A DNA stretch of 41,810 nucleotides from an uncultured Bacteroidales bacterium (lineage in GTDB: Bacteria > Bacteroidota > Bacteroidia > Bacteroidales > VadinHA17), in the NCBI GenBank assembly GCA_937871625.1, contig CALMRD010000069.1, positions 1-41,810 on the forward strand, given 5' to 3'. Of the stretch, positions 38,158-41,810 are shown piece after piece (positions within the stretch are counted from its first letter, which is position 1; each line of letters opens with the position of its first letter). Made by a program: the position numbers and the translations under genes. The notes under the pieces were generated by a model. It worked only from the letters and a program-made list of their open reading frames with translations, did not search any database and was not told where the DNA came from.

Positions 38158-38681
38158 AAAAACGGATTGGCAAGGTTTTGCTTGTATTGGTGGGAGGATT
38201 TCTGATCTTTCTTATAGCTGGCATAGTGATAAGAAAAGTAAAAGGGGAGCAAGCTGCTGAGAAAATAAGAACTCTTCCCGTACTTGCTATGAAAGATATC
38301 TGGGGAAATTCCTTCACGACTGAAAAGATACCCTCCGGGCCTCTGTTAATCACCTTTTTCCATCCGGAGTGTGACCACTGCAAATATGAAATATCGTCAC
38401 TTATTAGCACTGATTTGATTGACAGCCAGTTAGCAATACTACTTGTTAGCTATGCTAAGGTTGATGATATTCAGTCTTTTATACAAGAAGTTGGGAATAT
38501 TGATGCATTAAACATGCATATCCTGCATGATCCTGATTTCAGGATGAGTGATCTGTACAGAGCCGACATCCTTCCGTCAAACTTCATTTACAATAAGGAG
38601 CTTAAGCTTGTAAAAGTATTCAAGGGGGCAACCAAGCCGGAGACCATCATGAAATACCTGAATGGGAATGATAAAGATTAA
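38154..38681 (+). CDS. Membrane-anchored thioredoxin-fold thiol:disulfide oxidoreductase (TlpA/redoxin-like, CDHC active site)
   Basis: N-terminal TM VLLVLVGGFLIFLIAGIVI, then a redoxin core with LLITFFHPECDHCKYE (CxxC). 175 aa. Confidence 0.8.
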   Translation: MKKRIGKVLLVLVGGFLIFLIAGIVIRKVKGEQAAEKIRTLPVLAMKDIWGNSFTTEKIPSGPLLITFFHPECDHCKYEISSLISTDLIDSQLAILLVSYAKVDDIQSFIQEVGNIDALNMHILHDPDFRMSDLYRADILPSNFIYNKELKLVKVFKGATKPETIMKYLNGNDKD

Positions 38682-40854
38682 GAGGGTTAAAGAAGCATCA
38701 TTGCTTCAGCACGACTCCACCGATTGTGGTGCGGCTTGTCTGGCATCTGTAATCAGGTATTTCGGCGGAGAGTCCGGAATAGAAAAAATTCGCAGGCTTA
38801 GTGGTACAACTCAGTCAGGAACTACGATGCTGGGATTATATCAGGCTGCACGCGAATCTGGTATGGAGGCTACTGGTTATGAGGCTTCCGTGAATGATAT
38901 TAAGGAATTCAATGGTATTCTAATTCTGCATGTGACTCCGGAACCTGGATATGAGCATTATATCGTCTCTTATGGTTTCTATGATGGCAGGTTTGTCGTC
39001 TGGGATCCTGCAAAAGGTTTGGAGTTAAAGACAGCATCGGAAGTTGAAAAGATTTGGGCGAGTCATAAATGTCTTGCAGTCAGTCCGGGCAAAGATTTTG
39101 TCCTGGAGAAAGTATCAAAAAGAAGTAAACGCAGGTGGATAGTTGATACAATTATGCCGGAGTACGAATTACTCCTGGTCAGTGTTGTCGTAGGTATAGT
39201 CATTTCACTGCTCGGTGTTGTAATGGCAGTCTATACGCAAAAGTTACTTGACCGGATTCTCCCTTCAGGTGATGTGAGAATGCTTGTTGTTTCAGTGGCA
39301 TTGGTGTTTCTGCTTCTTGGGGTTAGGGTTCTGCTGACTGCAGTCCGACAATCCATGTTATTGTCTCAGGGAAAGACTTACAACATCCGTGTTGTTGACG
39401 GATTTTACAGTTCATTGCTGGGATTGCCGAAGCCGTTTTTTGATACCAGAAAAACCGGCGACATGGTTGCCCGACTTAACGACACCATGCGAATCCAGCG
39501 TGTCATCTCCGACGTGGTCAGCACCTATGTGATCGATTTTCTGATTGTGATGATTACAATGGTCATGATCTTCATTTATTCTTCTGTTGCAGGCATTATT
39601 TCAGCTTTAGCAATTCCTCTCTTTTTTCTGCTGGTTTACAGTTGGAACAAGCCGGTTATCAAATCGCAGCAGGACCTCATGGCAGGTTATGCCATGAATG
39701 AAAGCAATTTCATAAATACTCTCAGGGGCATTACGGAGATCAAGAGCATGCAATGGCAGCGTTATTATGAGAAAAAAAATAAATCGGTATTCACTATTTT
39801 TCAGGAGAGGGCTTTCTCATTGGGGAAGATCAAAATAAAGCTTGGGATGATTACAAACCTTGCAGGCACTCTATACCTGATGGGGTTATTAATGTACACT
39901 TCGCTTGAGGTAATGGAGATGCGGATGACTCAGGGCGAACTGATGGCTATCATTTCACTTAGCTCTGCCCTGCTGCCGTCAGTGATGAACCTGGCTCTCG
40001 TCTCCATTCCTCTGAGCGAGGCTAAGGTCGCTATCGAAAGAATGTTTGAATTCACGCAGTTACAGCCGGAAGAGCCTGATGAAAAAACAGAAAAGCCAGG
40101 ATTACCTTTTTCCCGGATTACACTTGACAGCATTACCTTTCGGTTCCCCGGTCAGAAGTTACTTCTTTCTGATGTGAACCTTGAGATTGAAAAAGGTACT
40201 GCAACTGCTTTGGTAGGGGAGTCGGGTTCGGGTAAGAGTACTCTGGTAAACATTCTGATGAGATTTTACCAGCCGGAGTCAGGCTCTGTAAAGGTTAATG
40301 ATGAGACGCCTTGTCAGGATGTGCCGCTCGATTGCTGGCGAAGGTCGATAGGTCTGATTCCACAGGAAATTCATCTTTTCAATGGCACAGTATTGGAGAA
40401 TGTTGTACCTGATGCTGATGAGGATAAAATCAGGAAGTTGGGCAGTCTGATCATTGAATACGGGCTTGAGCCTTTCATAAAAAGCCTGCCCCTGGGTTTT
40501 GCTACCTTAACTGGCGAAGATGGTGTCAAATTATCTGGCGGGCAAAAGCAGGTTATTGCATTCATGAGGGCCTTGATCAATGATCCGGAAATTCTTCTTA
40601 TTGATGAAGGCACCTCCGGGATGGACCGGGACACGGAAGCTATTTTTCTCAAGATTCTGATGCGATTGAAAGGATCTATTGGCATATTGTTGGTTACCCA
40701 CCGGATAAATATTATAAGAAAGTTATGTGACAGGGTTTACCTGCTTGAGGGAGGTGCTATTTCAGACTCAGGCACGCATAATGAGCTTTTAATGAATGAT
40801 AACCTCTACAGAAGATATTGGGAGGAATTTGATTTGGCGGGGGCGATCAGATGA
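38662..40854 (+). CDS. Peptidase-C39-domain ABC transporter (PCAT; double-glycine leader processing exporter)
   Basis: C39 catalytic Cys in LQHDSTDCGAACLASV, with a His/Asp region (EHYIVSYG ... VWDP). Six-TM ABC membrane domain. Walker A GESGSGKST, signature LSGGQKQ, Walker B ILLIDE, H-loop LVTHR. Overlaps the previous gene by 20 nt. Confidence 0.92.
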   Translation: MGMIKIKRVKEASLLQHDSTDCGAACLASVIRYFGGESGIEKIRRLSGTTQSGTTMLGLYQAARESGMEATGYEASVNDIKEFNGILILHVTPEPGYEHYIVSYGFYDGRFVVWDPAKGLELKTASEVEKIWASHKCLAVSPGKDFVLEKVSKRSKRRWIVDTIMPEYELLLVSVVVGIVISLLGVVMAVYTQKLLDRILPSGDVRMLVVSVALVFLLLGVRVLLTAVRQSMLLSQGKTYNIRVVDGFYSSLLGLPKPFFDTRKTGDMVARLNDTMRIQRVISDVVSTYVIDFLIVMITMVMIFIYSSVAGIISALAIPLFFLLVYSWNKPVIKSQQDLMAGYAMNESNFINTLRGITEIKSMQWQRYYEKKNKSVFTIFQERAFSLGKIKIKLGMITNLAGTLYLMGLLMYTSLEVMEMRMTQGELMAIISLSSALLPSVMNLALVSIPLSEAKVAIERMFEFTQLQPEEPDEKTEKPGLPFSRITLDSITFRFPGQKLLLSDVNLEIEKGTATALVGESGSGKSTLVNILMRFYQPESGSVKVNDETPCQDVPLDCWRRSIGLIPQEIHLFNGTVLENVVPDADEDKIRKLGSLIIEYGLEPFIKSLPLGFATLTGEDGVKLSGGQKQVIAFMRALINDPEILLIDEGTSGMDRDTEAIFLKILMRLKGSIGILLVTHRINIIRKLCDRVYLLEGGAISDSGTHNELLMNDNLYRRYWEEFDLAGAIR

Positions 40855-41052
40855 TGGGTTTGCCGTCACTCTGTGGAACGGCAAGAGGTAATGAAAAAAA
40901 AAGAGATGAGGTCAAAAAAACTACACCAATCCTGTATTATTGGACTGCCCGGTTTTTATTTTGAAAGTGCCGACCGGTTTTCGAAACCATCGTCGGCAGG
41001 CCGATACCGAAAAGCCTGAAATAGAGTAGGTGTAAGAAAAACATGTCTCGCT

Positions 41053-41268
41053 ATGAAAGAATTAAACTTTGACCAGATGGAGGTTACTAATGGAGGTTCA
41101 GTTATCAAAGTCGTGGGATGTACGATAGGATCGATCCTTCTTGTTTCTGCTTTTGCATCTTTGTTTGCCCTTACGGCAGGAGCCGGAGCAATAGCTATTG
41201 CAGCTGCTGCTACTGGAGCATCACTTAGTCCTGCTGGTTGGGGGCTTGCTTGTTTTACGCAATATTGA
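41053..41268 (+). CDS. Double-glycine-leader precursor peptide (bacteriocin-like); predicted cleavage after Gly15 gives a 56-aa hydrophobic core
   Basis: MKELNFDQMEVTNGG|SVIKVVGCTIGSILLVSAFASLFALTAGAGAIAIAAAATGASLSPAGWGLACFTQY. The leader fits the CFB-type LNxxQMxxIxGG pattern. Lies directly downstream of the PCAT gene on the same strand. Confidence 0.75.
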   Translation: MKELNFDQMEVTNGGSVIKVVGCTIGSILLVSAFASLFALTAGAGAIAIAAAATGASLSPAGWGLACFTQY

Positions 41269-41313
41269 TTAAATATTTATGTTTTAAGTTTGAAAGATTA
41301 ATAAGAGACAAAA

Positions 41314-41538
41314 ATGAATAAATTGTTAAGAAGGGACGTACTAAGTATAGCCTTTATTCTGAGCCTGATTGTTTTTGGAGTATCGATTGTGGTATCTGCA
41401 GCCTATGATCTATCTCCAAAAGGCAGGCTGGTATTCTTAATAATCACGATCGCCTCTTTCTTTTCAAGCCTTTCCTCAATTCTGCAGTTAAGAGCAAGAA
41501 GACAGAGATTCGACAGTGAAGAAAAAGCTAGACCATAA
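41314..41538 (+). CDS. 74-aa two-TM mini-protein (candidate immunity protein)
   Basis: Two hydrophobic helices (LSIAFILSLIVFGVSIVVSAA, LVFLIITIASFFSSLSSIL) and a basic C-terminal tail. Lies 45 nt downstream of the precursor gene. Confidence 0.55.
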   Translation: MNKLLRRDVLSIAFILSLIVFGVSIVVSAAYDLSPKGRLVFLIITIASFFSSLSSILQLRARRQRFDSEEKARP

Positions 41539-41595
41539 GTTCCATCCTTCTACAGCAGTTTACTCTTTGCTGAAACTCGGTGGGTCGTTAAAACT

Positions 41596-41627
41596 ACGGG
41601 AGGGTTTAATAATATTTACCCTCCTGT
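41596..41627 (+). terminator. Hairpin, possible terminator closing the GG-peptide locus
   Basis: Stem ACGGGAGGGT / ACCCTCCTGT (10 bp including one G-U), 12-nt AT loop, followed by a weak T-tract (CTTATT). Confidence 0.45.
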
Positions 41628-41810
41628 CTTATTAGGACTATCTTCATATTTTAGCTTTCTAACACTGACTGGGATTAATGAATTTGCTTCTTAAGCCCAA
41701 CTTGGGACTGTCCAAATCAGTGTGTCCAATATGTCCTTTTAGTTGCCATTTTCAAGTGTCGATTAGGGGGTGCGAGCACAATTGTCATCCGTCTAAATAA
41801 GAGAAATATA

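Noticed and set aside
38054-38410. 118-aa minus-strand ORF inside the GG-peptide locus. Similar cases: 39930-40133 and 40371-40685.
   Set aside because: It is antisense to translationally coupled genes with clear motifs (CxxC redoxin, ABC transporter), and has no recognisable features of its own.
40891-41019. 42-codon ORF (MKKKEMRSKKLHQSCIIGLPGFYFESADRFSKPSSAGRYRKA) in the PCAT-precursor spacer, considered as a second precursor
   Set aside because: It has no GG/GA/GS leader motif. It spans the hairpin sequences, which better explain the region, and its composition is unlike the neighbouring precursor.
1-41810. Scanned for rRNA, tRNA, CRISPR arrays, IS elements/transposases, integrases and recognisable phage-defence genes
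   Set aside because: No non-coding stretch is long or structured enough for rRNA or CRISPR. No cloverleaf-like segment was recognised in the spacers. No ORF shows DDE/tyrosine-recombinase or known defence-system motifs. A tRNA cannot be fully excluded without a covariance-model scan.

Overview
This 41.8-kb window looks like a GC-rich Bacteroidota (Bacteroidales-like) chromosome. The lineage call rests on three things: recurrent TAnnTTTG -7 promoter motifs upstream of genes, absence of Shine-Dalgarno sites, and gene content (mutAB, membrane pyrophosphatase, Reg_prop/Y_Y_Y sensor, DUF2807, CFB-style GG leader). Positions 1 to about 34.1 kb are tightly packed core genes. In order they are: prfB (needs a programmed +1 frameshift that the ORF track misses); mutA-mutB methylmalonyl-CoA mutase, translationally coupled to a thioredoxin-like lipoprotein and two small membrane proteins; recX; prmC; ribD; a secreted TPR/Ig-like/caspase (C14) protein followed 4 nt later by a beta-propeller sensor with a PP2C/SpoIIE output; LOG; trxA; dnaE; rpsP (long acidic Ala/Glu tail); rimM; a DUF2807 protein; tsaC; an S9 peptidase; hppA; a PLP-dependent dehydratase; and a conserved-looking minus-strand block of small tail-anchored protein, mutL, rhomboid, rhomboid and EEP nuclease/phosphatase. 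From about 34.1 kb the composition becomes visibly AT-richer: spot counts of single 60-nt lines give about 42% GC, against about 55-68% in the core. This stretch carries accessory-type genes (a lipocalin-like lipoprotein and a class-C-like serine hydrolase). It ends in a compact same-strand locus (37.1-41.6 kb) with six genes: a small HTH protein, a Cys-free polytopic membrane protein, a membrane-anchored CxxC thioredoxin (TlpA-like), a C39-peptidase ABC exporter (PCAT), a 71-aa double-glycine-leader precursor with an extremely hydrophobic Ala/Gly-rich two-Cys core, and a 74-aa two-TM mini-protein. This bacteriocin-like peptide maturation, export and immunity locus has no HlyD/TolC partner in the window. 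It is the best candidate for a previously undescribed system. No rRNA, tRNA, CRISPR array, transposase or integrase could be supported. All family assignments come from motifs read by eye, not from database searches.
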